A stretch of DNA of 64,000 bases, taken from positions 2,171,931-2,235,930 of the forward strand of contig BFEA01000032.1 in assembly GCA_003427395.1 (NCBI GenBank). The letters run 5' to 3'. The DNA comes from Chara braunii (taxonomy: Eukaryota > Plantae > Charophyceae). The notes beneath the pieces are model-generated. The model made no database searches, was not told the origin of the DNA, and saw only the letters and a list, made by a program, of their open reading frames with translations. Below, piece after piece: positions 51,738-64,000 of the stretch (positions within the stretch are counted from its first letter, which is position 1; each line of letters begins with the position of its first letter). A program made the position numbers and the translations under genes.

Positions 51738-52208
51738 GTATTAAGGCAGGTGTGGCGTCTCTTCAATTTTCCTTCTTCTCAGAATTCTCTACGCGCTTCC
51801 TCTATTTTCTTTTTGATATTTTGAAATGGGAGCCCTATTTCGCGATCTTTTCCTCAGAACTGTCGTCCCGCCCCATCTCTTTTCCTTCCCGTCCTGTGCG
51901 GTAGCGGTCTGGCTTATCACATCCATCCATGAATTTCGTCGTTTCCTTTGTTGGATGATGTCTGTCTGGCGATGCATATGTGAATCGTACTGACGGGGTA
52001 ACGTTGTCTGTCCTATCAGTACGTATCCAGTACTTGGGTTTGGTGTTGTCTTTGCGTTTTATGAATGCTTTCTAGTGTGTTCGTTGCGTTTTATGAATGC
52101 TTTCTAGTGTGTTCGTGCGTGTTCGTCCGTGTGCTCGGTGTGTGTATGTGTGGGTGTATGTGTGTGTGTGTGTATGTGTGCGTGTATGTGTACATGTATG
52201 TGTGTGTA

Positions 52209-52244
<36 letters not shown>

Positions 52245-55200
52245 CAGTGGGAGTGGTATAAACATTGCCACAGGATTGCCGTGCTGTTGCGAGCCAATGC
52301 AAGTAGCCAACAAATTGTTTACACCGTATATCTCGCACTGGTCAGATGTCGGGTTCTCTTTTCGGGGATGCTCAGCTAGAGTTAGTTTTTCCTGTATGCT
52401 CTACCCTCCTCTATTTTATGCATCGTGCACTTGCGCTTCTTGATGTCTCCGTCTTGATCTGGATCAGCTAGCCATTCATGCTGTGAGCTTCCTCTCTCAT
52501 CTTTTCTGTGTCCCAGAATCCTCTCTCTCTCCCCCTCATACTGCGAATGTTCTCCTTGTCCTATTCCTTGAGGGCTTCTTCTTTGTCTTTCTACGCTGTG
52601 CCAAGTCCTTATGTTTGTCAACGCCCGGCTCTGTCTGGTGGAATCGAGGTAAACTGGGATAATTCCACAATTTCACGTTGACAGGAGTCTGGTATGGATC
52701 GAGGAGCCCTTTCGGGCTACCATAGAGCCTGCAGCCAGCCTGCAGCCGGCAAAGGTCTTATCCTTTACCATAGCCCTGCGGTCAAGGTATGGGAATTTGG
52801 GGCCTCAGACGGTTATAGGGTAGGATAGGCTTTGTTGCAAGTGTTACGCTGCCAAAAGATGAAAGCAGCGAGGAACTTGGGTGAGGAGATGCATCGCGTC
52901 ACCCACCCCACGGGCTGTTTTGAAAACACCAAGGTTGTACAAGGTTATAAATTCTCAGGGGCTGGCATGAAAATCCTTAACGGGAAGAAGACTTGGAAGA
53001 CATGGACTGCTGGTGCGAAATGGAAGATTACAGAGTGAAGAAGAGGGCAGGGCTTCTGTGGGTATCGAAATAGAGGGTACAACTGAAGAGGAGGTGATAT
53101 TTCTGTTGGTTGTCAGCCTGGCAAAAAGGATATAAAATGAAGAGGTGTGATTTTGGTGGTTATCAGCCTAACTATCAATATAAGCAGCGAGGTAGTCGGT
53201 GATCCAGTGCGAAAAAGGGTTCATTGTGGATGAAGAGGGTAAGATGGAGGTGTGGCAGGAAGGTGGGAGCGCCGTGGTACATACGCTCAAGGATCGGTAT
53301 AGGAAGTGCAAGCGGGCCAGTTTCTGATTCGACCTGTGGGATGGGATGATGAGCTGGTGGAGTGCCCACCAAGCCGCTTCATTGGGTGGTTACAGGAATG
53401 GCTACAAGACCCCTGACAGAGTCATGCACGGTCACAGGATAAGCACAAGTGCAAAGAACTAAGAAATGGGGAGATAACGGAGATGCATACATGACGTGCT
53501 GTTATGGTATAATCCGAACGTGTACAACTGCATGCAAGTTTTGGAACTGGCTAGCACATGGCTGAGGTAGGCGGTTGCGTGCTGCTGCAGAAGTGCTTAT
53601 TCATTGCAGACTCGTATGAACAGTGGAAGGGACGGAGGCCTCGTCCTCGTTTTTTACATTTATCTCGATATGGAGAGGAGGCTTTTTAGATGTCCCTCTC
53701 TCTCTCTCTCACCCTCCATTTTTGTCTATTAGAGCTATGTATGCCTGGGTAATAGCAAGTGTGCATCTGTGCCCGTGCGTCAGGGCATTTTGTTTGCGCG
53801 CTTGCTCACACGTTTGTGTGTGTGTGTGTGTGTGTGGGAGGGGAGAGAGAGAGAGAGGTGGCGAGTTGAGATGATGTATTGGATGGCAGGGACTTGAAAA
53901 CCATTGTGCGGCAGAGGTCTTTTTCTTTGCAGTTTGGCAGAAAATGATAATGACCTCAGTGACACCGAACAAATAGATCTGGAAATTCACAGACATTTGC
54001 TTGCACATGCAGAGGTGCAGACCAAGCTGGGTTGTAGGTGGTGGTTTAGCTACTGCTACACTGGAAGCCCAGCCGCTGAGCATGACATTTGTCATCCTCC
54101 TGAATATTAGGAGGCTCTGCATGAGCCATCACTTTCGAATTAAATAAATCCTGTGTTTTTTTTTTGTTCTAATGGATTTTTTGCTGTGGCCACCTTCTGA
54201 CAGGGCACACCACTGTAGGGTAGCGGTCCTCTAACCGCCTTTCTGGTGCTGCTGCCCTACAGTGTGGTACACTGTTGTAGGGTGTGTGCAAGTCACTTCC
54301 AGCGTCGTGTGCCTGTGCTTATCCTTGGTATAGGGACAACCAAACAAAATCGAATGGTCAGAACTTGTTGTCCAGACAAAAATGTATGGAAGTTTACGTT
54401 TGGCAATTGTGCATTTTCAGATTGCTGCAACAACTGAATTGGTTGTGGTTTGGGAAAGTCAAGGCTTAAACCACCAGTACACGTGAGCCTCTTTTTTTGG
54501 GAGGCGGATCCCGTCTGCGCGCCAAGCTTTGCTGAAATGCGACCGTGGTGCTTTTTCTTTTCTTTTGGCTGCCACTGCCAGCCATTTCGGTCCGTTAGCC
54601 CTGTGCCTCGTAGAGTTTTGGATTGGCTCGATTTCAATTCTCAAGTTTGCCCGGGCGATGTGGTGGCGTTTTAAAACTCAGATATGACTAGCATGGTAGG
54701 GGGACTCTCTTATTCATAAGGCTGGTCCGGTAACCGTGAGCCTCATAAATTTTGGGATTGGCTTGATTTCAATTCTCAAGGTTGCCTGGGCGATGTGGTG
54801 ACGGTTTAAAATCTAGAAATGACTTGCGTGGTAGGGGGACTCTCACATTCATAAGGTTGTCAGGTGCGCTCTGGCTTGCAGACGTTATTCATGAGGTTGT
54901 CAGTTTCTGTTCTACAGAATTGCAAATGAAAATTCATACACTGAAGGAAACAACAGAGGTAAAGGATTTTAGCCAAAGAAATAGATCCCCGGAATGAGTT
55001 TGTCATTCCAGGTGTCTTTTACGTAAAGAGCGTCAGAATGTCTCGACTGGAAGGGTACTGAAGGGTACTAAAGTGTAGTGGCCGGAGGAGCATGATAGTC
55101 TCTTGACTGAAGGTACCAGTGAAACAGTTGAGAATACCAGCATCGCCATTTCTTTGTGCAAATGGTGGTTTTTAATCTCCTGTCAATCGCCTGATCCTCA

Positions 55201-55427
55201 AAGCCAGGGACTCTTGTAAGTAGTTTCTGCGTGTCCTTGGTCTGTAGCTTGATGTCTGCACTTTCTTTGGATAACGTTCCTGCCACATCAGGTTGAGATA
55301 TGGCTTTGTGTGCAGCAGGTTCCGATCCACTACACCCGGATCGAAGGGGTGCTTGTGATATGTCTCTCAGGGTGACAGTCGCTGATTCTGGCTGTGTTAT
55401 TGTGCTGGGTTACTTGTGTATATGCAG

Positions 55428-55962
55428 ATGTCACACACGGGACTCCATGGACACAGTGCGATGGGGACACGGGGCGGCTTGAATGTAGTTGGGAGTCATG
55501 GGTTTAGCAGTAGCATGAATGGGATTGGAGCAGGACCTGGAGTGAATGTACCAGGTGCTGCGAGCAATGCTGTTGGGAATCCTCGGGCAGGATTGGCAGC
55601 GGCGGCAGCAGCAGCAGCAGCAAGCTTGGGTGTAAATCCATCTCAGATGGGTGGTGGTGGCCGGCTGAGCAGTGGAGGTAATGCAGCTCTGGGTGGTGGG
55701 AGTGGCGTTAGTTTAGGGGGGGGGGGCGCTGGAGGGGGATTAAACCGGTCTCTTAACAGTGGAGGCGGACTTAACATTGCAACTCTAAATGGCAATCGGG
55801 GAATTGGCAGTGTGGGTTTGGGGGCACTGAGTGGGAATAATGGAATGAGTGCACAAGGACCTGGTCGGCCGATTCCAGGGGGAGTAGGTATGCTTCAGCA
55901 GAGTGTTAGCATGCCATCAAGTTACAATCCTCAGGGGGACCTGCTGGCAATGATTAGCAGAG
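55428..55962 (+). CDS. NOT2: NOT2 exon, Gly/Asn-rich low complexity
   Basis: Encodes MSHTGLHGHSAMGTRGGLNVVGSHGFSSSMNGIG (cf. LSHG..HGHSG..NRGGL.VVG.PGFSS..NGVG); TGCAG acceptor; probable donor G|GTACAG at 55963. Confidence 0.85.
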
Positions 55963-57571
55963 GTACAGTCTTTGCATTTCTATCGTTTGGACTACCCTCC
56001 TCCCAAATCGGTGTCATTGTGCCCATCTGCCTTGCTGTTCTCCCTTGTGCTGTCTCCCTTCTGATTAATGCATGTACATTGTAGTCTCTTTGTTGGTCAT
56101 AAAGGAAAGAACAGTTTGCTGAATGGTGCTGCTGCTGTCTGCATGCTTTGGTGCACATGTTGTTTGTTGCTCGGTCTTTTAGTTCTCTGGAACTCGCCGC
56201 GATCGTGCACTTGCATCCAGTGTGCACGACTGCATTTCACTGCGTAGTAGATGTTGATGGAGGGACATGACGTCGCGCTCTTTTCTTTAGCGCTCTTTCT
56301 TCAGTGCTCTTTCTTTTTCTGATGTATATGGGTGTGAGGTGGTAAATATGAAACCAGCTTGGAGGAAGTCCTTGAGGCTATTAGCTGTGCCCTGACGAGC
56401 ACTACATCTCAATGCTGTGGAGGGCATTGGTGTGCATCATTTGCTTGCTGCAACCTGCAACGCTCATTGGATTGCATGCAATGAAAAACTGGGTTGTGCC
56501 AGCCAGTGGCCGGTGTGCATTTCAGGTCATTCTAGGACTCGGTTGCTTGGAGCTTTGTCTGTGACTGCAATGGCATTGGCATTATCAGGGGTATCGCCAT
56601 CTCTAGAATTGCTTGATGATGCTGGTCGATTACTCCTTATGAGTGATTCTCAGGATCCCTGTCTGCCTATCATTATGACGAAGGTGTTCACCGAATGCAG
56701 GGTATGGCATTTGTGATAAATCAGAAGCACGGCAATGGTGAAACGTTGGGAGTTTGCCAAGAACAGGAGTCTTTGCGAGAGTAATGCACAGGAGTTGAGA
56801 AAGTTGCGGCGAAAGAAGGGAGGACAACAACAAACCCGAAACAATGGAAAATCAAAGGTAGAAAGGGTGAAAAGTTGATGCTCCCATGAACGGACAAGGA
56901 GCCAGTGCCATAAGGACCTGTGTTATCCAAAAACAAGAAAAATGTTGATGCAAGAACGATGGCCCAAAAAAGTGAAAATTAAAGATGAAGGGAAAAGGAA
57001 GAAAGCAAAAATGCAAAACAAAGAATGCCCCAGCAAAGGTCAAGTGTAGAGATAGCGAAGGGATCACAAGGGGGCAAAGGGCAAGTTCAGACTCGTAACA
57101 ACTGCGTGGGTAATGGGAGAGAAATGTCAAAGGTATGCAGAGTCTGCAAGTCACGCAAGCCCCTTTCATCATGGGTCTATAACTGTTTTCATTCCCTTCA
57201 CCATGCAATCAATCCTTCTTCCTTCCCAGAGGTGATCGTGCAGTTTTGTTCTGTTATCTTTTCTTCTACACTAAGCCACTCTGCAAAATCAATCCTTCTT
57301 CCTTCCCAGAGGTGATCGTGCAGTTTTGTCCTGTTATCTTTTCTTCTACACTAAGCCGCTCTGCAAATCACACAAGCCCCTCTCATCATGGGTCTACAAC
57401 TGTTTTGAGTCCCTTCATCGCGCAATTGAAGTTGTGCTATGAATCTTTTTTCCTTCGCAGCGGTGGTTGGGAACTCATGTTCTGTCTAACTTTTTTCCAC
57501 ATTCGTGGTTCTGTCTTTTCTTGGAATGGAGTTTTTGATTCTCGACCAATGTCGGTTGTGACTCTCAGCAG

Positions 57572-57670
57572 GTGCACTCCGGAAGCCTGCTGCTGTAAAT
57601 GCTATCGTGCAGCAGAATCAGGAGTTCAGCATCCAGAATGAGGATTTTCCAGCTTTGCCGGGGTTCAAGG
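57572..57670 (+). CDS. NOT2: NOT2 exon
   Basis: Encodes GALRKPAAVNAIVQQNQEFSIQNEDFPALPGFKG, containing the hallmark NOT2 motif EFSIQNEDFPALPG; CAG| acceptor and G|GTAAGT donor. Confidence 0.95.
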
Positions 57671-58898
57671 GTAAGTTGTCGCCAGGATCACACTTCGATG
57701 AACTGTTGCTGGAGTTCCACCAATTGGCTAGCTCAGGTTGGACAGCCATGAACTGTTGAAATACAGACCTGAGATAGAGTCCAGATGGAATCCCCACCCC
57801 AAAAAGGGGTAATTTGTCATCCGGATCACACTTGCAAACCGTCTGATTGCCTCTATAAGTATTGGACGGTAGGATTTATGTTCTGGTAGTACAAGTCGCT
57901 TGTTTGGCAAGGTGTCGATCTTCTTCCTCCATCCCCTTCGACAGAGTACTCTGCCTGCCTGTATGGTCCCAGATCCAATCGTTCCTTGAGATTCTGTCGA
58001 ACTCGGGTTATGATGTTCATCGAAGTTACCTGTCGAACCAAGTCTGGCACTGGACTTGGAAGCCAGCATCGGCATTTGGATAAAATTAAACCGGATTTCT
58101 GGGACAGAGTGAGAGCTCCATAGACCCTGTGGCCTCTGCAAAAAGTGAAAAGCCGATTGGCGCTTATGGGAGTGTACATGCCTGCGTGACATTCAGAAGC
58201 AAGTCCATGTGAATGTTACTTCAGTACAAGGGCTGTGGTGTAGATGTAAAGGTACCTGGCCTTGGAAACTATGCAAGCGTGCTCGCCATAGTTCACACTG
58301 ATGATTCCCTCGACGAGGAAGGAGCCTCAGTGACTACAAGCAAACTTTTGCCGACTTGCAGATGGCTGCATGACCTCCAGAATCAAGTCCATGTGAATGT
58401 TACTTCAGTACAAGGGCCGCGGTGTAGATGTAAAGGTACCTGCCCTTGGAAAATATTCAAGTGTGGACTTTCATTGGTCAATCAGCAGGCTCGCCATAGC
58501 TCACACTGATGACTCACTCGACGAGGAAGGAGCCTCAGAGGCTACAAGCGAAGCAACTTTTGCCGCCTTGCATGCTGCGTGGCAAAAGTGCAATGTAGCG
58601 TAAGCTGGCAGGAAAGTTGAAGATATAGTCCATACCCGTAGGGGCTGCATTGTCATTTGCATTGTTCCAATGTCCCACTGGGAAAATCCTGACCGTTTTT
58701 GTTCTGGAGTGATCTCCAGAAGTGCCAACGAGAAAATGTGGGTCATCGAACTGCTATGACCCTGGCAGCATCTTCAGTTGCAATGGTTTATGCTTCCTGC
58801 TAGATTTGCAAAGGCGAATGTACTGTGATTGCCAGGGTGGATTCTGTCATGCGAAATTATCTCATTCGAGTTTTCTACTGCTGTCTTCGAATTTGCAG

Positions 58899-59086
58899 GT
58901 GGAGCGACTGACTTGACAGCTGACATGCATCACAAAGACCAGCAGACACATCAGCAGCAGCAGCAACAGCAGTCCCAGCAGCAACAGCAGTCCCAGCAGC
59001 AACAGCAGCAGCAGTCTCGGCAGCAGCAGCAACAGCAGCAGCAGCATGAGAATGCCCTCTCTGCCATGCAATCGCAGCACTTTCCG
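58899..59086 (+). CDS. NOT2: NOT2 exon with polyQ insertion
   Basis: Encodes GGATDLTADMHHKDQ-(Q-rich)-HENALSAMQSQHFP (cf. GG..DY.MDLHQKEQLHDN..SMMQSQHFS); TGCAG| acceptor and |GTAAGG donor. Confidence 0.9.
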
Positions 59087-59819
59087 GTAAGGCCCTGAAT
59101 CATATGTGCATGCAGTTGGCAGTGTCTATGCACTGGAAAACAATGTACTGTATTCCCCATCTGACCGTGTGCCAAATCCAAAAGGATATGCATGCTTACG
59201 TGCAGAGACACTGCTTCACTGCCCGTTGTTACCTGATCAAGCATGGTTTATGGAGTTCTTCTGCATGCCATTGTTGTGATGGTTGGTCAAATGCCTGGGG
59301 TCAAGGTCGATGCAAAGGGGGGAGGGTCACACTACTTTTGGAGGGGTTTATAGAAAACTTCTTTCAGCTTGGTATGTTTCCGCCATTGAGCTGAAAAGTA
59401 TGTTCACGTAATTGGTCCATGCTTTGTGAACAACGCAACCTTCCCTTGTCGTTGCTCTTCCCAAAACCCGTGTCCATAGTTTCTCCTTTTGGCATCATTA
59501 GATAACGAAGTCTTTTGTGGCTAAGGTCGTTGTTTTCTGTTTGCGTAGCTTTATAACCATTGTCGTTCAGTTTGCAGTGCTCTTCTCGTTTTCATCCCTA
59601 CATCCCTACACTTAAAAAAATTGCGAACGTGAGAAATCTGCCATCCGGGCCATCCGCAGTCCTATCGGCCCGACGGTTTCGCGATCTTAAGATCGTGCGA
59701 AGATCCAGGCTGTCCACGGTCCTATGGGCCTGACGGTTCAGATCGTTGCACAATCTTAAGACCTTAAGATTGGACAACGATTCAGGCCGTCCGATGCCTG
59801 GATCATCGCCTGATCTTAA

Positions 59820-60852
59820 ACCACCAGTACCTTACGAAGCACTTCTCCGAGCCTTTTTTTTTTTGAGCTACCGACCCGCTTTGTTGTAGTAGGAGGCAAC
59901 TGGAGAAAAGCAGTCCTACAATGGGCTACTGGTCCTTACAATGTCGAGGGACCGGTACTTCTAATGAGAGGTTTTTTGTTTTATTTTTTCTTCCCGTCTT
60001 CTTTGCTTTCTTTTTTTTTCCTTATTTTTTTATCCCTCTTTTTTATGCCCTGAGTGAAATCGTCCCTGAGAACACGTAAAAGGAGGAAGGAAACAAAAGG
60101 AAAGAAAAAAAAGAAAACATTCAAAACAGACATGTGGCCGTGATCGTGGTTAGATACATTCGGGGAAGCACGGGTGAGTATGCCCTCAATGAGGGCCATC
60201 CTTGAGAATAAACGGGGTTTACGCTCTGCCTTGCTGGCAGAGCCCAAAAAAAAAAAAGAAAAAAAAAGAAGTGATTTGGCTGTGATAGTGCTCAGGTACA
60301 TTCTGTACAGCACTAGTGTGAGCGTGCCCTCAGCAAGGCCTACCCCGACATCCAGTCGGAAGTACTACGTTGGAGGAAAGAAAAAAAAGAAGAGAAAAAA
60401 GAAGCAAAGATTTGGCCGTTATCGTGGTCAGATACATTCCGAAAGTACTAGTGAGTGTACGCCGTCAGTGAGGGCCATCCGTGAGAATGAACGCGGATTA
60501 CGCTCTGCGCTGCTGGCAGAGCCCAAAAGAAAAGACAAAAAAAAAAAGGATTTGGCAAGAAGCAAACGAAGAAAAGAAAGAAGCAAAGATTTGGCCGTGA
60601 TCGCGGTCAGATACATTCGGGTAAATACTGATGAGAGCATGCTGTCAGTGAGGGCCGTGGAATACTCCTGCCTTGCTGGCAGGGCACAAAAAGAAAAGAA
60701 AAGAAAAACGGCTGAAGTTTTATTATTTTTCTTCTCTTTTTCTTTCCTTTTTTTTTTGCTGCTGTGCTCTGTGGTCGTCCGTGCCGGGCCTGCAAAGGTC
60801 TTCCATGAATTCAGGAAGGCTTCTTTTTTTGCCTGGGCGGGGTACTGGTGGT
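59820..60852. mobile_element. Non-autonomous TTAA-target DNA transposon (Kolobok/piggyBac-like) in a NOT2 intron
   Basis: TTAA|ACCACCAGTACC...GGTACTGGTGGT|TTAA: perfect 12 bp TIRs and a TTAA duplication, with internal degenerate repeats (GATTTGGCCGTGATCG.GGTCAGATACATTC). Confidence 0.78.
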
Positions 60853-61694
60853 TTAAAGTCTTAAGATTGCGCGACAATCTGAACTGTCGGGCTTGTAGGA
60901 CCGTGGACGGGCGGCTTGGTACCTGTTGGGAATTGGTCCGCTGCAGGGCGCGCCCTCGCGCTCGAGTCCAACCACCTCCACTCCGCCGCCACCTCCCACC
61001 TTCTGTCGACTCTGCTGCCACCTCCCACCTTCCGCCTCCGCCCACCTCCCTTCCGCCTTCTCCAGCCATCTTCCCTCTGCCACCGCCCACCTCTTCCTCT
61101 CCGCTTCTGCCCACCATCTCCTCTCCCGCGCTGACCACCTTCTCCGCATGGGGTCCACCTCGCCTCTGCCTCCGCCCATCCCCCCTCCTCCCACCTCCCC
61201 TCCGCCTCCTCTCGCCATCTCCTCTCTGCCTTCGCCCACCTCCCCTCTGCCACCGCCCACCATCTCCTCCCCGCCTCGCCCCCACCTCTTCTCCGCTCGG
61301 GGGCCACCTTGCCTCCGCCTCCGCCTGCCGGTCCCCTCCCCTCTGCCTCCCCCCAACCCTTGGGATTCCTTTGCCACTTCTCCCTCGGCATTTCCCCGCC
61401 AGTTCTCCTCCGGCTCCGCTCACATATGCTTCCTTCTCCGCCTATGCTCATCTCCACCCACCTCACCTCCGTCCACCTCACCTCAACTCCGTCCACCTCA
61501 CCTCGGTCCACCTCACCTCAGCCACTGCCCACCTCACCTCTGCTCACCTCATCTTGGCCTCCGTCAACCTGACTGCCGCATCTGCCCACGTGGCCTTGCC
61601 CTCAGTCGAGATGTGCACTTCTGCGGTGTGCCATGCGCCATGCGGAAATTAGTGATGCGCTCTTTTTTTTGTAGGTGTGTGTGTGTGTATACAG

Positions 61695-61734
<40 letters not shown>

Positions 61735-62672
61735 AACGAATGCCCTTCACACTTATCAGAGGGCCCATGCAGGTAATCTGAAGGGACCTCGCAGCAATTT
61801 AGCTCAGACCCTCCACCAAAATTGAGGCAGGCAGTGAATATGAAGTGGAGCACGAGGTGGCTGAATATACACAGGTTTCAAATTCAGGTCTGCGTTTCAG
61901 CAGTTATGGGTCGCTCACTTAACTAGGCCCTGTTGGTCTCTGCACGTGATGCTCAGGACTTGGCTGCACTGCTCACCAGACGTTCAAAATTAGAATGAAT
62001 CTTCTGGTAGAACGTGGAATAATACGCCGCCATGTGTTTTGTCTTTTGTACATGTGGTGAGTAGACCCTTATGGCCACTGCACGTATTCCTAAGAAAATG
62101 AAAATGAGAAAAAAGAGAACTACTGACCCATAACCATGATGCACAGACCTGAATTCGAATCCAGACTACATATTCTCGTCCCACCCACACAAACTGGAAG
62201 TCTAAAGTCTCTCTGCTCCACATGGGGTCCTCGCTAATTTGCTGTAGGGGCCCTTCGGAAAAGAGACTGGACACCATTAGGACATGCACATCCCCATGAA
62301 CAGACATGTGCCCAGAGTTTTGGGGTATGGCACGACCCCGACTGTTTTCCCTCTTGCTTTCTGATTTTTAGAAGTGAGGGGCATGTTTGGCCACCCCAAC
62401 CTGTCCTTTCATTTTTTTTTTTTTTTTTGTGTGATGCGCCGCATCCCGTGCATGCACGTGCACTCTGCGCCGCATGTTCTGCAACCCCACGCACAGGATG
62501 CGCCGCACCGTGTATTCCCCCGATTTTCAGTTCGTATATGCGCGTGCGAGAGGGAGAGAGAGCGAAGGGTCGGGTGCGGGTTCAGGCAAAGTTGGAGGGG
62601 CAGGAGGGTAGATACGTGCCACATGGTGTGATCTTTTTTTTTTTTTTTTTCCCTCCCGTTCTTTTTGTGTAC

Positions 62673-62734
<62 letters not shown>

Positions 62735-62836
62735 CGCAAGGGTAAGGAGAAGTAGGGTGGTGCGGATTATAAAGATGCCCTTTATGGGTTGATCTCTTCT
62801 TTTGCTTTTTTTTCCGGTTCTCTGGGTGCGTTTGTT

Positions 62837-62911
<75 letters not shown>

Positions 62912-63354
62912 GTTTGCATCCACAATGAATGAATCATGTGGCATATTTGTTTTTGCGAGCGGTCATCTAATCTTCATAATAGAGTGAAGGCAGGCTCACG
63001 TTAAGAGTGTTTGAACTGAAGGCACCATGATGCAAAGAGTGTTTGAACTGAAGGCACCATGATGCTGATCAGATACATTCTACTGTGCATGTGCGCTGAA
63101 GAGTTCCACTGGTTGTCAGACTGTCACCACTACAGTGTAGCTGTGGCAATCCCCACAGAGATGTACCCTGTGCTTTGCTGTTTGTTCGGCATTGAGGCTG
63201 ATGAGATGGGGTAACACATGAATGCATGCCCGTAAGGCAGGGGATCATTGACCGAGGTCTGCTTCTCTGTCGTCGGATAGAGTAGTGTGTCACGCAATGA
63301 CACACATTTGATTCTAGTGAACTGACTCTGTTTTGTGGATTGGTTTCTGGGCAG

Positions 63355-63530
63355 GGTGGTGGCCTTCCCGTTGCTGCGGCGGGACAAGCTGGTGGGTTAT
63401 CTGCTCTTCGAGGTGTTCCTGGAGCTGCTGCGTCGGCGTTGACCCCTTACGAACAGCAGCTGGTTTCGCAGCACCAACAGTATCAACAGTCACAGCTCAG
63501 GTTAGGGGTACATCAGCAGCAGCAAAGGCA

Positions 63531-63629
<99 letters not shown>

Positions 63630-63936
63630 GAGCTCCCCAGTACAGCAGGCTCATTCAAACATGATGGTCAAGGAGGCTGGACAGAAGCAACAACCACCTG
63701 CGATGCAGCCCGCTGCGGATCCATTTGGTCTGCTTGGTCTTTTAAGTGTTATCCGAATGACAGATCCAGACTTAACAACGTTGGCATTAGGAACAGACTT
63801 GACTACGTTGGGGCTGAACCTTAATTCCAGAGAACAGTTGTATAAGACGTTTGCCTCACCATGGGCAGATGGGCCATTAAGGGAGCCTGAGTTTACTCTT
63901 CCAGCATGTTATGTGCAACCTGCCCCAAGGCTTCAG
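63355..63936 (+). CDS. NOT2: NOT2 exon leading into the conserved C-terminal NOT2/3/5 region; gene continues past the window
   Basis: Encodes ADPFGLLGLLSVIRMTDPDLTTLALGTDLTTLGLNLNSREQLYKTFASPWADGPLREPEFTLPACY, diagnostic of CNOT2/NOT2; donor CAG|GTGAGT at 63937. Confidence 0.95.
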
Positions 63937-64000
63937 GTGAGTTCTTCCTGATATGCTGAACAGAATGGGTCCAGGTTCTGCTGATGTCCAAATTAGCCTA

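Noticed and set aside
60174-61825. 492 aa and overlapping ORFs
   Set aside because: They cross a non-autonomous TIR element and a C-rich tract in a NOT2 intron, with no transposase motifs.
61906-61926. MGRS peptide resembling a NOT2 exon start
   Set aside because: No adjacent AG acceptor and an in-frame stop after six codons.

Overview
Repeat-rich eukaryotic genomic DNA with long introns, dense (AG)n/(TG)n microsatellites and four N gaps. The gene content and repeat style suggest a streptophyte alga such as Chara, but that is inference. Two partial + strand genes are supported by splice sites and plant-family motifs. The first is the 3' four coding exons of a START/PCTP-like lipid-transfer protein (892-15937). 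The second is six exons of a CCR4-NOT subunit NOT2 (50000-63936, continuing past the window). Between them lie two decayed L1-clade LINEs (one split by a ~3.8 kb LTR-like insertion), MITEs and tandem repeats. The most unusual signal is spliceosomal snRNA-derived sequence. About 19 tandem copies of an internal U2 snRNA segment (branch-point recognition region plus stem IIa) sit in sense orientation in START intron 3, with one more copy at ~180-420. There is also an A-tailed antisense U2 5' fragment and a decayed U6 copy on either side of the second LINE. Most entries in the ORF track are microsatellite or low-complexity artefacts. snRNA and protein similarities come from recalled consensus sequences compared by eye, not from database searches.
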